Positions 48,780 through 62,965 of a stretch of 64,000 nucleotides of DNA are shown piece after piece. This stretch comes from Mobula hypostoma (Eukaryota). The stretch's first letter is position 1. Every line of letters begins with the position of its first letter. The stretch lies in contig NC_086097.1 of NCBI RefSeq assembly GCF_963921235.1, positions 47,368,001 through 47,432,000 of the forward strand. The letters run 5' to 3'. Made by a program: the position numbers and the translations under genes. Below the pieces are notes generated by a model, which searched no databases, was not told where the DNA came from, and was given only the letters and a program-made list of their open reading frames with translations.

Positions 48780-49480
48780 AACTGCAGGCCGAGTGCACAG
48801 TGTCCACAATTTAAAGGGGCGTTGCATGTGTGAATGCAGCAAGCTGAGTGCAGACGTGCTCCGCCGGGGGCACAACACTGAGTGCATTTCGTCCCTAGAC
48901 GGGTGAGGATGCTGACGCGCGAAGCCCGGCGGGCGGGCGGGCGAGGCGGCCGAGGCGGCCGGGCGATGTCAAAGCCATCGGGCTGAGCACTGTGGGTAGG
49001 GAGGAGGCGCCATCTTTTACTGTGAAACCACGGGAGTTGGGGCGTATCGAGGTGGGTGGGCATCGCTGAGAAAAATCTGGAACATTGGCGTGCAGGGTAG
49101 TTTGCATGAAAATACTATCTCTTCCCTATCACAGTAACATATTATACCCCCAGCTCAGGGTGACATGACGTCCTGCTAGTGTGTCCGTGCTGGTTGGCTG
49201 TAGTTTAACCGGCTCAAGGATCCAGCCCGGCCCGTTAGGGAGGCGATTTGTCGGGAGGAAGGCGAAGGGCACCACATCACCGGCCCCGTTATCGCCATCT
49301 CCTCCCCCCAACGTGACAAGAAAGGCCGCCGGCTGCACAACTCCTCACGGAGATTGGACCGTGATTTTGAAGCAAACGGCAACCGGTTGTACGGACGGAG
49401 GTGAGGATGTGGGATGACGACTCGCTGTTTTGATTGTTGTCTAAGCTGTTGATGTAATGAATCTTTGCGGAGCATACGGC
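48780..49480 (+). promoter_or_regulatory. CpG island with GC boxes; probable promoter and non-coding first exon(s) of the next gene, likely KLC1
   Basis: Sharp rise in GC and CpG, GGGCGG repeats at about 48930-48945, donor-like GTGAGG (48903, 49401) and GTAGGG (48996). KLC1 identity rests only on the known BAG5-COA8-KLC1 order; I found no KLC1 coding exon in the window. Confidence 0.6.
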
Positions 49481-51912
49481 GAGGTTTTGCAATTATTGTT
49501 TTCCTTGTTCAGTGAAATGAGTAGCATGCACAGCTGCAGGTTTACTTTGAGGCTACTGCTGTACTGACGTTCTTTTTCTGGAAGTGTCCCTCGATGTTTG
49601 ACAGATCACTTAATTATATTTGTGCGTTGAATTTTCTTTTAGAGCTACCAACATCAAGTAACTGAATGTTTTATATGGTAGGGCAAAGCTTGTCAGTATA
49701 TTTTGTGGCCTGTCCGAGGGGCTGGCGGTGGTGTAATTGACTCATTTCCTTGTAAAATGAGAACGCCAGTGACACTTGCTTTGCAGGGTAACTGCTGCTT
49801 GCATCACTTGGCGTGTTCAGCAAATCTCGTACAGAATTGCTAGCGGCTGCGGTTTGAAATTGTCGCCTCAATCTGTTCTTAGTTGATGTTTCAATTGTGG
49901 AAAAATAGTACAAAGTAGAAAGTAAAGAGCACAGAATATATAAGAAGGTAGTTTCAAAGTTGACTGCCGTACGCAGCAATATCAATGGAACACGAAACGG
50001 CCAATATTTCGGATCAATTTTTACATCAGAACTTATCATGGAAGTTAGCCATAAGCGTTTACAGTTAATAATTGTGACTCAAGGATGCAGCTCGACCGTT
50101 AGGTAATGCAACTTTCAGATCCTCTTTGATTCTAAGATCCATGAATCGAAAGTTTTAAAAATATATACAATGAGCAATAATATGGCACACATTTGTGAGT
50201 AGTACAGATTTAGGTGGTGGTTATGCAGAATTTTTAAAGAATTTGGATTAACAAGCTCATACTGGCTAGCGTGTTCCTTTTGCGAGTGTACGTGCATCCT
50301 GGAAATTGTCTTTGTTATGGCATGCGATAGCCCATGTTGAAATTGAGGAAACTAAGTAATCATCTAAATGCAAGTTTTCTTTTCTGTGGGCTATGTTAAG
50401 ATTGGTGCTGCAGAAGCTAGTATCACTGAGGGTTTTTTCAGAAAAGTAATGAGAGTTTAGACTGATGCTGCATGTGAGCCCATCACTGCTTTCACTGAAT
50501 TCAAAACAGTGATTTTTGTGGAATTGACAGCGTGCTCTTCTTCCACAGGTTCATAAATGGCAAAGAGCTGATTAACATATTTGACAACCAGATAAAGCGA
50601 TCTTCACTGTTTTGCTCAGTCAAGGAAAGTTGGCTGATCTTGCTATGTTCAAGTAAGAACTAGTGTCCTCTTTGAGGGGATTTCTGAAAATTTGGCATTA
50701 TATTTTTGAAATAGATGGGCATTCTTAATATTCATTTGACATTTGATTTTATTACATTTGCCCAGTTGGCATACAGAGTAGTGCCTGGCTGCTCACTTGT
50801 TGAATTTCAATTTAGGTTTGCTTCAAATTACTTTGGAGTGGCCCTAGACAAATTATGGTTTGGGGTAATAGTTTGGGATCTTGCAAGGGAGATGGCAGCA
50901 TCTCTGTCTATAAGTAACCGCAGGTTCAAGATTAAGGGAGGGAAAGTCCTCCTTGAGGGGTCAGTGGTGGAAAGGATGGGTAGTTTCAAGTTCCAGGTCA
51001 GCATCTTAGATAATCGAGCTGTGGGCCAACACATTCATGCAGTCATGAAGAAGGCACTAGTATGTCCCTTCCCTCAGACAACCTACATATTAATTCAAGA
51101 AATCTTCCTAGATGTTCCTAACAAATTCCTCCACTAAGAAAGTCCTAGTCAAAATTGGGGATGTTGAAGTCACCATCTACAACAATTCTGTTTTTATATC
51201 TTTCTGTGATTATAGCTACATAATTGTACCTCTATTGCTGGCATAGTATCAAAATCAAATTTATCACAGATGTATTTCATGAAATTTATTGTTTTATGGC
51301 AGCAGTACAGTACGAGACGTACAAGTAACTCTAAATTTCAAAATAAGGAGAAAGCATTCATTGAATCATGGGCTATTCAGAAATCTGATGGTCCAGTGGA
51401 AGAAGTGGTTTTGCAGATGTTGTATATGGGTCTTCGGGATTCCTGATGGTAGTAATTCAAAGAGGGCATGTTTTGGATGGTGATGGTTTTTAATGATGGA
51501 TGTTACTGTCTTGAATCACCATCCGTTGAAGATGTCCTCGATAGCAGGGAGGGTTGTGCCCATGATGGAACTGGCTGAGTCTACAACTCTCTGCAAACTG
51601 TGCATTGGAGGCCCAGTACCATACTGTGGTGCTGCTAGTCTGAATGCTGTCCTAGAGTATAAAACCATAATAGTTATTTTTCCTGACTCCGCTTGTACGG
51701 CCTTGCTGGATAGGTTCTACAAGATGTCCTCTCTACTAGTAGATGTAATATTCTTTCTAATCAATAATATAACCTTGCCACCTCTTTAGCATCACATACA
51801 ATGTCAGAAAATGTTGAAACCGTGGAATGATGGGCTACCGACCTGCTCTTCTGTAATGGTTACGGCATTGCAGTTCCATGTACTAATCTACACTTTAAGC
51901 TCATTTGCCTTA

Positions 51913-54580
51913 TTCAGAATCAGAATCAGGTTTATTATTGCCAGCATGTGTTGTGAAATTTGTTAACTTTGCAGCAGCAGTTCAATGCAATACATAATGT
52001 AGAAGTATAAATAAATAGTATATTGAAGCGCATAAGATGATAAGAGGTATTGATCATGTGGATAGTCAGAGGCTGTTTCCCAGGGCTGAAATGGCTGGCA
52101 GGAGAGGGCACAGTTTTGTGCTTGGAAGGAGGTTCAGAGGAGATGTCGGGGTAAGTTTTTACGCAGAGAGTGGTGAGTGCATGGAATGGGCTGCTAGCGA
52201 TGGTGGTGGAAGTGGATACAATAGGGTCTTTTAAGAGACTCCTGGATTTAAGGTACATGGAGCTTAGAAAAATAGAGAGCTGTGGGTCACCCTAGGTAAT
52301 TTCTAAAGTAAGTATATGGTCGGCGCAGCATTATGGGCCGAAGGGCCTGTATTGTGCTGTAGGTTTTCTATGTTTCTATATGTATATTAGAGATTAAAAA
52401 TCTTGCCGAAAACAGAAATAATACATCTTGAAAAAGTGAAGTAGTGTTCACGGGTTCAATGTCCATTTAGGAATCAGACGGCTGAGTGGATGAAGTGGTT
52501 CCCTGAATCGCTGAGTGTGTGCCTTCAGGTTTCAGTATCTCCTACCTTATGGTAATAATGAGAAAAGGGCATGCCCTGGGTACTGGGGATCATTAATAAT
52601 GGACTCTGCCTTTCTGAGACACCGCTCCTTGAAGATCTCTTGGGTACTTTGAAGCCTAATACCCAGATGGAGCTGACTAAATTTACAACCCTCTGCAGCT
52701 TCTTTCGGTCCTGTGCAACAGCAACCCCCCACCCCACCCCCAATATCAGACAGTGATGTAGCCTGTCAGAATGCTCTCCACAGGTCATCTATAGACGTTT
52801 TTGAGTGTTTTTGTTGACATTCGAAATCTCTTCACATTCCTAATGAAGTATAGTTGCTGTCTTGCCGCCTTTATAGCTGCATTGATGTGTTGGGACCACA
52901 TTAGGTCCTCGGAGATCTTGACACCTAGGAACTTGAAACCGCTCACTCTCTCCACTTCTGATCCCTCTGAGGATTGGTATGTGCTCCTTCATCTTACTCT
53001 TCCTGAAGTCCACAATCAGATCTTTCATCTTACTGATATTGAGTGCAAGGTTGTTGCTGCGACACCACTCCTCTAGCTGGTATATCTCACTCCTGTATGC
53101 CCTCTTGTCTCCATCTGAGACTCTACCAACAATGGTTGTATAGTCAGCAAATTTATAGATGGTATTTGAGTTATGCCTAGCCACACAGTCATGGGTAAAG
53201 AGAGAGTAGAGCAGTGGACTAAACACATGCCCTGAGGTGCACCAGTGTTGCTTGTCAGCAAGGAGAAGATATTATCAGCAATCTGTACAGATTGTTGTCT
53301 TCTGGTTAGAAAGTCAAGGATCTAATTACAGAGGGAGGTACAGAGCCCAGGTTCTGCAGCTTCTCAATCAGGATTGTGTGAATGATGGTGTTAAATGCTG
53401 AGCTATAGTTGATGAACAGCATCCTGATGTAGGTGTTTGTGTTGTCCAGGTGGTCTAAGACCGTGTGAAGAGCCATTGAGATTGTGTCTGCCATTGATCT
53501 ATTGTGGCGATAAGCAAATTGCAGTAGGTCCAGGTCTTTGCTGAGGCAGGAGTTGAGTCTAGCAATGACCAACCTCTCAAAGCATTTCATCATTGTAGAT
53601 GTGAGTGCTACTGGGAGATGGTGATTAAGGCAGTTCACGTTACTCCTCTTATGTACTGGTATAGTTGTTGCCTTTTTGAAGCAAGTGGGAACTTCCACCC
53701 GTAGCAGTGAGAGGTTGAAAATGTCCTTGAATTCTCCCACCAGATGGTTGGCACAAGTTTTCAGAGCGTTACCAGGTACTCCGTCGGGGCCATCCACCTT
53801 ACGAGGGTTCACCCTCTTGAAAGACAGTCTAACATTGACCTCCGAGACAGCGATCACAGGGGACATCAGGTGCAGCAGGGATCTTCACAGTGAGCATAGA
53901 AAGCGTTGCGTTCATTTGGTAGTGAAGCATTGCTCCCATTCATGCTATTGGTTTTCGCTTTGTAGGAAGTAATGTATTGCAAACCCTGCCAGAGTTGCCG
54001 TACATCCGATGTTGCCCCCAACCTCGTTCGAAATTGTCTCTTCACCCTTGAAATAGCACTTTGGAAGTCATACCTTGTTTTCTGGTACAGACCTGGGTCA
54101 CCAACCTTGAATGCCATACATCTAGCCTTCAGCAGACGACGTACCTCCTGGTTCATCCTTGGCTTTTGGTTTGGGAATGTACAGCAAGACGTTGTAGGCA
54201 CACACTCATCCACACAGGTTTTAATGAAGTCAGTAACAACAGCAGCATACTCATCCTGATTCAAAAATGAATCCCTGAATACAGTCCAGTCCACCGATTC
54301 AAAGCAGTCCTATAATCGCTCCTGTGCTTCTCTTGTCCATACCTTCCTGGTCCTCACTACTGGTGCTGCAGTCTTCAGTCTCTGCCTATGCTCAGAGAGT
54401 AGATGTACAGCCAGGTGATCAGATTTCCGAAAGTGAGGACGTGGAATAGTACGGTAGGCATCCTTGGTGGTGTAACAATGGTCCAGGATGTTGTTTCCTT
54501 TGGTATTGCAAGTGATCTATTGATGGTAATTGTTTACTAATTTTTTTTTCAGATTGGCCTGGTTAAAATCCCCCACTTTT
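51913..54580 (-). mobile_element. Rex/Babar-like LINE, 5'-truncated (endonuclease C-terminus plus RT), interrupted by a CR1 fragment
   Basis: (ATTCTG)n tail at 51913-51930; RT relics (GPDGVP, PVALTS..MKCFERL, QFAY, SSAFNTI, KFADYT); GDFNQ endonuclease motif near 54560. Confidence 0.88.
52029..52380 (+). mobile_element. CR1-like LINE 3' fragment
   Basis: MIRGIDHVDSQRLFPRAEM relic and (tttctatg)n tail. Confidence 0.85.
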
Positions 54581-55516
54581 GTATTAAAATAAATACATTC
54601 CAGACCATTAGTCCCACCATGTTTATTGATCTGACCCTGTCTGTTCTTCCTACTGAACTTGCTTGACTTGATCTCTATGATTGATCTCCCCAGCTACTCA
54701 GGTTTACATTCCTTTCCACATTAGTTGAAGCCTTCCCAGGTGGCACTAGCAAACGTCCCTGCACGGACATAGTGAAACGTCACTGCTCACTTTCCCTTGC
54801 ATTTCTCACGTGATCTGAAATGTAATTTTTTACATGAGCAGGCATAGTAAGTCATTGATGGAAATTTGATTAATCTTTCACAGCATAGTTGCTAAATATT
54901 TGATTTTTTAAAATCTTTAATTTTTTGAAAGATTATTTGGCATTCATCACAATATAATTGCTCTGCCAGCAAAGTATCACTGACTGAGTTTAAGAAGTGA
55001 TGCCATTACTGGGGACTCTTTGCTTTAACCTAAAGATGTTTAGGTTAAACATATCATTAGCCTATTGCTTTGCCAAAAGGTATTGTGGAATAGCAGATAA
55101 GAAATCACAGCTCTAAATTACAACAAAAAAAAATTGGTAATTAACAGTAAAAGGCATCATTGTTGGGGGAGAAAGTGGCTTTCAGCAAGGTGATATTGAC
55201 CTTTTTATTATGCAGGTAACCTAATGTAATGAGTATGATATTTAGCTCCCTTGACCTGCTAACATATGTATTTCCCAAGTGCTTTAAATGCTGGGTGGTA
55301 ATGGATGGAGCTGGAGGGATTAACTTTATTTCAGTGAATTCAGAGAAGTTGCCTTTCACCATTTTTCATATTTAAAGAGTACCTTGAATTTTCAGTTTGG
55401 AAATGAAATGGCTAATCCATGGAAATATAAAAGTTTCTGTGAACTGCACTAAATAGCCAAGGGAAAATTGAGTGGTAATCAGTAATTCAGTGCAACGTGT
55501 TCAGTATTAAAGAATA

Positions 55517-56140
55517 ACACACAAAATGTTGGGGGAACTCAGCAGGCCAGGCAGCACCTATGGAAAAGAGTACAGTGGATGTTTCAGGCAGAAACCCCTT
55601 CAGCAGGACTGGAGAAAAAAAGCTGAGTAGATTTAAAAGGTGGGGGGGGGGAGTGAACACAAGGTGACAGGTGAAACCTGAAGAGACAGGGATGAAGTAA
55701 AGAGCTAGAAAGTTGATTGTTGAAAGAGACAGAAAACCACGTAAGAAAGAAAAGGGTGGACGAGCACCAGAGGGAGGTGATGGGTGGGCAAGGAGATGTG
55801 AGAGGGGGAAAGGGGATAAGAAATGGTGAAGAGGAAGTGGGGTGGGGGGCACTACCAGAACTTTGAGAAAATGATGTTCATGCCATCAGGCTTGAGGCTA
55901 CCCAAACAAAATATAAGGTGTTGTTCCCCCCAACCTAGGTACGGCCTCATCACGACAGTGGAGGGGGCCATGGATGGACACATAGGAATGGGAAGTGGAA
56001 TTAAAATGGGTGACCACTGGGAGATCCCACATTTTCTGGCGGAAGGGACATCAGATCCAGTGAAGCGGTCTCCCGGTCTGTATTGGCTCTCATCTATATT
56101 CTGGAGGCCACACCAGCAGTACTAGATGTAGTAGATAACC
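55517..56140 (-). mobile_element. Penelope-like fragment
   Basis: Same terminal motif as 35127, degenerate hammerhead at about 55574-55610, GIY-YIG C-terminal relic. Confidence 0.75.
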
Positions 56141-56149
56141 CAACCAGCA

Positions 56150-57420
56150 GCTGACTATAATCAGGCACTTGAGGTGCTGCATGATGGTGTCTCCAAACAA
56201 GAAATTGTCTATTCCAATGCATTTCAAATCATAGCCGCAGACTTCCAACTAGGAATTTTGAAGAAAACTCTACCCAATTACCTTCAACGTATAACCTGTA
56301 GCACCTGAGGTCTCAAGACACTAGACCACTGTTATACTAAGATAAGGTATGCCTAACATTCCATTCCCAGATTGCATTTTGGTAAATCAGATCACTTGGC
56401 TGGCTGTCTTCTGCCTGCACACAGGCAGAGACCAAAGTAAAGCACCAGGGATTAGGATAACAAAGAGGTGGTCATGGGAGGCAGAGGTGCAGTTACAGGA
56501 TTGCTTCAAGTTGGTGGACTGGGCTGTGTGCAAGGACTCATCTGTAGACCTCGTTGAATACACCATGGTTGTTATGGACCTTATGAGAACAGTTGTAAAC
56601 GTGTCCCCCAAAATCATTCAGAGACTTGCCCCAACCAGAAGCCCCCAATGAACCATGGGATCTACAATCTGTTGAAGACCATATCAGAGGTATTCAAGTC
56701 TGGTAACCAAGCAAGTTACAAGAGGTCCAGGTATGATCTCCGGAAAGCCATCGTAAGGGTAAAATGGCTATTCGGGACTAAACCTGAATCAGTGAAGGAC
56801 AATTGTGGCAGGCTTGAATACTGTTACCTTTTATAATGTTAAATCAAGCAACTTAGCTGACACCAGGGCTTTGCTTCCAGGTGAGCTCAATGACTTCTAT
56901 GCTTGCTTTGACTGTCAAAACATGGAGGAGCCATCATGAACACCCACAGCCCCCAATGATCCTGTAATTTCCATCTCTGAGGCTGACGTGTGAGCAGCCT
57001 TCAGGATGGTGAACCTACGAAAAGCATCTGGTGGAGATATGGTACCTGGCCAAATACTAAAAACCTGTAATAAACTGGTTGGAGTGTTCACTGAGATCTT
57101 TAACTTCTTACTTGGGCAGTCTGAGGTGCATCAAACCTGGTATGGAAACACCAATGTCCTTCAACAGAAAATCCTCCAAAAAGTAGTGGATATAGCCCAG
57201 TCCATCACAGGTAAAGCCTTTCCCACCACTGAGCACATCTACATGAAGTGTTGTTGCAGGAAAACAGCATCCATCATTAGGGACCTCCACCACCCAGGAC
57301 ATGCTTTCTTCTCGCTGCTGCCATCAGGAAGAAGGTACAGGAGCCTCAGGACTAGTTATCACCCTCAACCATCAGGCACTTGAACTAAAGGTGATAACTT
57401 AGCTCAACTTCATTTCATTA
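56150..57420 (+). mobile_element. Internally deleted Rex/Babar-like LINE
   Basis: Relics LQDCFKLVDW, VNLRKASG, LQKVVDIAQSITG, FSLLPSGRRYRS. Confidence 0.75.
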
Positions 57421-57462
57421 TTGAAATGTTCCCACAACATATGAAAATCAAATATTTAGCAA

Positions 57463-57885
57463 CTATGCTGCTCCAAAATGATAGGAGAAGACAGGAGGGG
57501 GAGGGATGGAGGGAGGGATGGAGCCAAGAGCTGGACAAGTGATTGGCAAAGGGGATATGAGAGGATCATGGGACAGGAGGTCCGGGGAGAAAGATGGGGG
57601 GAGGCGGGGGGTAGAACCCAGAGGATGGGCAAGGGGTATAGTCAGAGGGACAGAGGGAGAAAAAGGAGAGTGAGAGAAAGAATGTGTGTATAAAAATAAC
57701 GGATGGGGTACGAGGAGGAGGTGGGGCATTAGCGGAAGTTTGAGAAGTCAATGTTCACGCCATCAGGTTGGAGGCTACCCAGACAGAATATAAGGTAGTG
57801 TTCCTCCAACGTGAGTGTGGCTTCATCAGCAACTTTGATGTGTGTTGCTTAAATTTCCAGCATCTGCAGAATTCCTGTTGTTTTC
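57463..57885. mobile_element. Penelope-like fragment with an inverted terminal piece, abutting a truncated Tc1
   Basis: GIY-YIG C-terminal relic on minus joined to the opposite-orientation repeat end agcaactttgatgtgtgttgc...cctgttgtttt. Confidence 0.7.
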
Positions 57886-59346
57886 TTTTAATTCTTGTTT
57901 GGGGAATTTTTGCTCGTTCTTCCTTGCAAATGGCTTCTAGTTCTGTGAGATTCTTGGGCTGTCTTGCATGCACTGCTCTTTTGAGGTCAATCCACAGATT
58001 TTCAATGATATTTAGGTCGGAGGACTGTGAGGGCCATGTTAAAACCTTCAGCTTGTGCCTCTTGAGGTAGTCCATTGTGGATTTTGAGGTGTGTTTAGGA
58101 TCATTATCCTGTTGTAGAAGCCATCCTCTTTTCATCTTCATTTTTTTTTTAACAGACGGTGTGATGTTTGCTTCCAGAATTTGCTGGTATTTAGTTGAAT
58201 TTATTCTTCCCTCTACCAGTGAAATGTTCCCCGTGCCACTGGCTGCAACACAAGCCCAAAGCATGATCGATCCACCCCCATCCTTAACAGTTAGAGAGGT
58301 GTTCTTTTCATGAAATTCTGCACCCATTTTTCTCCAAACATACCTTTGCTCATTGCAGCCAAAAAGATCTATTTTAACTTCAGTTCACAGAACTTGTTTC
58401 CAAAATGCATCCGGCTTGTTTAGATGTTCCTTTGCAAACTTCTGATGCTGAATTTTGTGGTGAGGATGCAGGAAAGGTTTTCTTCTGATGACTCTTCCAT
58501 GAAGGTCATACTTGTGCAGGTGTCACTGCACAGTAGAACAGTGCACCACCACTCCAGAGTCTGCTAAATCTTCCTGAAGGTCTTTTGCAGTCAAACGGGG
58601 GCTTTTGATTTGTCTTTCCAGCAATCCTATGAGCAGTTCTCTGGGAAAGTTTTCTTGGTCTTCCAGACCTCAACTTGACCTCCACCGTTCCTGTTAACTG
58701 CCATTTCTTAATTGCATTACGAACTGAGGAAACAGCTACCTGAAAACGCTTTGCTATCTTCTTATAGCCTTCTCCTGCTTTGTGGGCATCATTTATTTTA
58801 ATTTTCAGAGTGCTAGGCAGCTGCTTAGAGGAACCTATGGCTGCTGATTGTTGGGACAAGGTTTGAGGAATCAGGGTATTTATAAAGCTTTGAAATTTGC
58901 ATCACCTGTCCTTTCCTAACGATGATTGTGAACAAGCCATTCCCCTAACAAGCTAATTAAGGTCTGAGACCTTGGTAAAAGTTATCTGAGAGCTCAAATC
59001 TCTTGGTGCCCAAACTAAAATTGTACAAAACAAAAATAATACACTAATAGAACATAGAATAGTACAGCACAGTACAGGTCCTTCGGCCCACAATGTTGTG
59101 CCGACCCTCAAACCCTGCCTCCCATATAAGCCCCCACCTTAAATTCCTTCATATACCTGTCGAGTAGTCTCTTAAATTTCACTAGTGTATTTCCCTCCAC
59201 CACTGACTAATCTTGCTTACACTGTTGAAAAGAATGTTTCATCTTTAACTTTATGACTTTTGGAGATCAGTTCATCTTCTACTCACTTAACTATTCACAA
59301 TAACAGAAATTTTGACCAGGAATGCCCAAACTTTTGCATGCCACTG
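57886..59346 (-). mobile_element. Tc1 transposon lacking its 3' end, with a CR1 3' fragment at about 59047-59208
   Basis: TIR end aaacttttgcatgccactg|TA at 59346. Relics GEGYKKIAKRF, RSGRPRKLS, QQDNDPKHTSK, WPSQSSDLNIIENLW. Confidence 0.88.
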
Positions 59347-60156
59347 TATATGTTAAAGACTTATGCACAGTACTGTATATCTTATGATTTAATCGTTGTC
59401 TAATTGCCTGGGCCCTAACATTCCCCTTCTAAATTAATTTGTCCACTTTTCTTTCTCTGCTTCAAAGCAGTCCTTAAAACTTTAGTTATATTTATGTTCA
59501 TTTTTCCTCTAATGGCTGAGTGTGAAATTCTGTTTGATGACGCTGCTGGTAATTGCCTCCGAAATTTCAGTACATCAAATAAATACAAGCCATGTTGTTT
59601 TAAATCAAAATCTCCAATGAATTTACTGTTGATCAGAACCAATGCAGTAGAGTAATTCAATCCTTTTCCAGTCAAAGTAAAATTTATTATCAAAGTTATG
59701 CTACCACCCAATATCTTGAGATTCATTTTCTTACAGGCGTTTACAGGAAAATAAAGGAATACAATAGAATTTATGAAAAACTGTTTATAAACAAGGACTG
59801 ACAACCATTGTGTAAAAGACGACAAATTGTGCAAATTAAAAAAAATATATTGATACTGAGAACATGAATTGTAAAGAGTTCTTGAAAGTGGTTGTAGAAT
59901 CAGTTCAGAGTTGTGGTGAATAAAGTTATCCACACTGTATAAGGAGACTGATATTTGTAGGGTAATAAGTGTTCCTTTACCTGGTGGTGTGGGACCCCCC
60001 AAGACTTCTGTACCTCCTTTCCAATAGTAGCGATGAGAAGAGAGCAAGACCTGGATAAGCTGTCTGCAGTTTATGAATGCATAATTTATAGACATCCAAA
60101 TGTACAATAGAGCTGTCATGATATTACTGAATTTAAAAGTTTGACATGCAAACATG

Positions 60157-60681
60157 CACTCAGTGACCACCTTAATAGGTACCTTCTATACCTAATAAAA
60201 TTGTCACTGAGTGTATTGGTTGTGCTCTTCTGCTACTGTAGCCTATCCACTTCAAGGTTCAATGTATTGTCCTTTCAGAGATGCTCTTCTGAACACCACT
60301 GTTGTAATGCGTATTTATCTGAGTTGCTATTATCTTCCTGTCCATTTCAAACCAGTCTGGTCATTCTCCTCTAACCTCTCATTAATAAGATATTTTCACC
60401 CACAGAGCTGCACTCACTGGATTTTTTTTTGTTTTTTTTCACCATTCTCTGTAAACTTTATAGACTGTTGTATGTGAAAATCTCAGGAAATCAGTTTCTG
60501 AGATACTCAAACCACTTAGATCGCATTTCTTCCCCATTCTGATGTTTTGTCTGAACAATTGAACCGCTTGACCATGTCTGCATGTTTTTATGCATTAAGT
60601 TGCTGCCACATGAGTGGCTGATCAGATATTTGCATTGATGACCAGATGTGCAGGTTTACCCAGTAAAGTGGCCACTGAATG
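60157..60681. mobile_element. Tc1-type MITE
   Basis: cactcagtgaccaccttaatagg ... cagtaaagtggccactgaatg|TA, with an extra internal right-TIR copy at about 60189-60213. Confidence 0.75.
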
Positions 60682-62371
60682 TACATTCTTTCCTTTGAAT
60701 GGCAGAACTGGTTTTTTTCTCTTTCTCTTTTTTAGCAAGTGTTTCTTATCTTATTTGCTTTTGATACCTCTCATTACAATACTGCGGAGCTATGATCGCC
60801 ATATTGAGTGTTCTTTTTTAAATGTTTTCTTCTGATTTGTGGACAAACAGAGACCGAACCTGTTCATTATGCATAGATTGTTTGTAGTGTGGTTACAACT
60901 GTGTGTTGCTGGAATGAAGAATTGTTTTACTTTGGTCCAATGGAATCTGACATAAACCACTGCAAGAGTTTGGAAAATATTTAGGCCAGTGGCATGTGGT
61001 TGTCCATGGAGCAGTAAGGGCAATAAGAGCAAACACTTTACATAGCTAATTTTTTTGTATTCGAAGTAGGACAGCAGCAAGCACTTAAACCCTGAGGCTG
61101 ATTCTTAAAGATGTTGAAACTGGAAGTTATACATGTTCTTGTTTGGTCCTAGTTTTGCTTCCTGTAGTGTTATTTTTCAAGCCTCTGTTGTTTTTTTACA
61201 AGTAAGGTCAGATGAGCCGGTAAGACCAAAATCATTGGCGGCTTTCTCGTTCTCTAGTCAAGGCAAAGGAAACAATAGTGAGCAGTCCATCTGCACTACA
61301 TTTGAAAATTTCTGATGTAAGCCTCTGCAAGCACTTTGAACCTTGGGGCATTCTGAGCTTTTTTTTTACAGAGCTGCAATAATTATATTACTGGTGTGGT
61401 GTTGAATAAAAATAGTTGAAAGCCAATCGGGTAATTATGTGGCCGGAAGAATATATGTTGAAAATGTCAATATAACCAATCCATACACAAGGATATGGAC
61501 TTTAGCACCAGACATTTTGCTGTTGCATTGACTTTGAGCATTTCAATCCTACATAGGTAATTTCACATGAGGAATACCAATGATTTTCACATGTTTTGAC
61601 TTGTACGATTAGTTAATTGAAAGTGACCATATTTTGGTTAGTTATTCAAAACAAATTGATGCAGCATGTTCAGATCAGAATATTTTACTGCTAAGATAAT
61701 GAAATACTTGAAATCTGTTCAATTTCAGTTTGTTTATATTCTTGTACAAATCAATTGGAAATTTGATATTTTAATTAAATTCAATTATAACTAGACAAAT
61801 TAATATGGACAATAATAATCCAAGAACTGGTGTATTAAATATGTTCTAATTTTGCTCATAAAGTTTAAAGGGGTGGAAGCCAAACTCTTTGCTGATATTA
61901 TTGAGCCATTTGTATCATTTTTTAAAGTGCTTTACAGTCTGGTGTGAATGAAATACTTATCAAGATTTCCATGTGATGCAATCTTTTGATTCAATACAAG
62001 CTCAGTTCTGACACAACAAAATTATATCATCAAGCATTTACAGATTTTCAGATGGAAAAAAATACCCAATTCTTAACTAGCACTGACTTGGTAGTTTATA
62101 AATAATAAAATCAATTTTAGTTTTGCTTGAATGTTGCACTCCCAGTTCATTTTCTGTAGGCTTGATTTTAAGGTAACACTAAAATGTTATATAGCAAAAT
62201 GCTACTTGATCTTTGCCTGGCCCAATTGTTTAGAATATTTTGCATGCATCAGTTTTGAAATGAAGTAGTCTATTAAAAATTAGATAAGGTTACTATAATT
62301 AATTTTGCTGGGCATCAAAACAATTTGAAGTTACCAGAATGGTAAATGGTTCTGATGCCCCCCCCCCCCCC

Positions 62372-62965
62372 CCCCGGAAGCATCAAGTACCTTGTCCACA
62401 TTGTCATCGAACTGATGCCACTCATCCTCCTTGTTTGCCAGAGGCCACTTCACCCAGTGATGTTCTGATGCTGTAGTTGAGCTTGGGGTTTGGGGTACAT
62501 GGAAGTTCTGGGCACTCCGGTGATTCCGGGCCTGACTGCTCCTGCGTCTCACCAGGGGTGATTCCTGTGCTCTGTATCCGTTGTTCCTTGCTCAGACGTC
62601 TCATCTTGGCCTGGTGGATCCTCAGACCATCTGGGTTCTTACAAACTTTGCCGTAGCCACGTTCCCTACTCGTGGTCAATTGATCATTACCGTAGGTCTT
62701 CATCTGCAGGTCTGTTTAGTCTGGGTTCTCATTCTTCCACGCCCCACCCCCCTCCCTGGCTCCCCTGGGGGTATACTTTCAAATGTTACGTAGCTTTGAT
62801 GGGTTCTTCTTTACAGGAGAAGCAGCTCGGGTTGCTAGCCCTTATAGTCCTGGGTCTGTCTTTCCAAGCCATCCGTCATCTCCCCAGTTGTCGCCTCTTT
62901 TTTGTGATAGTCATCTAGTCTCTTCCTGAACGATATGGGCCTGGCCAGGTGGACTGACAGACTGA
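62372..62965 (-). mobile_element. 5' fragment of a second, diverged HERO-type retrotransposon
   Basis: GKVCKNPDGLRIHQAKMR and VKWPLANKEDEWHQFDDNVDKVL parallel the 31210 ORF; shared gctagcaacc...aagctacg...tacccccag 5' motifs. Confidence 0.8.

Noticed and set aside
57755-58327. 190-aa ORF that looks like a transposase with a novel C-terminus
   Set aside because: It reads through from a truncated Tc1 DDE region into an adjacent Penelope fragment; a junction product, not a gene.
59415-60170. 251-aa minus-strand ORF
   Set aside because: No recognisable domain; it overlaps decayed LINE 3' sequence and a MITE edge in AT-rich DNA, so it is likely a chance ORF.
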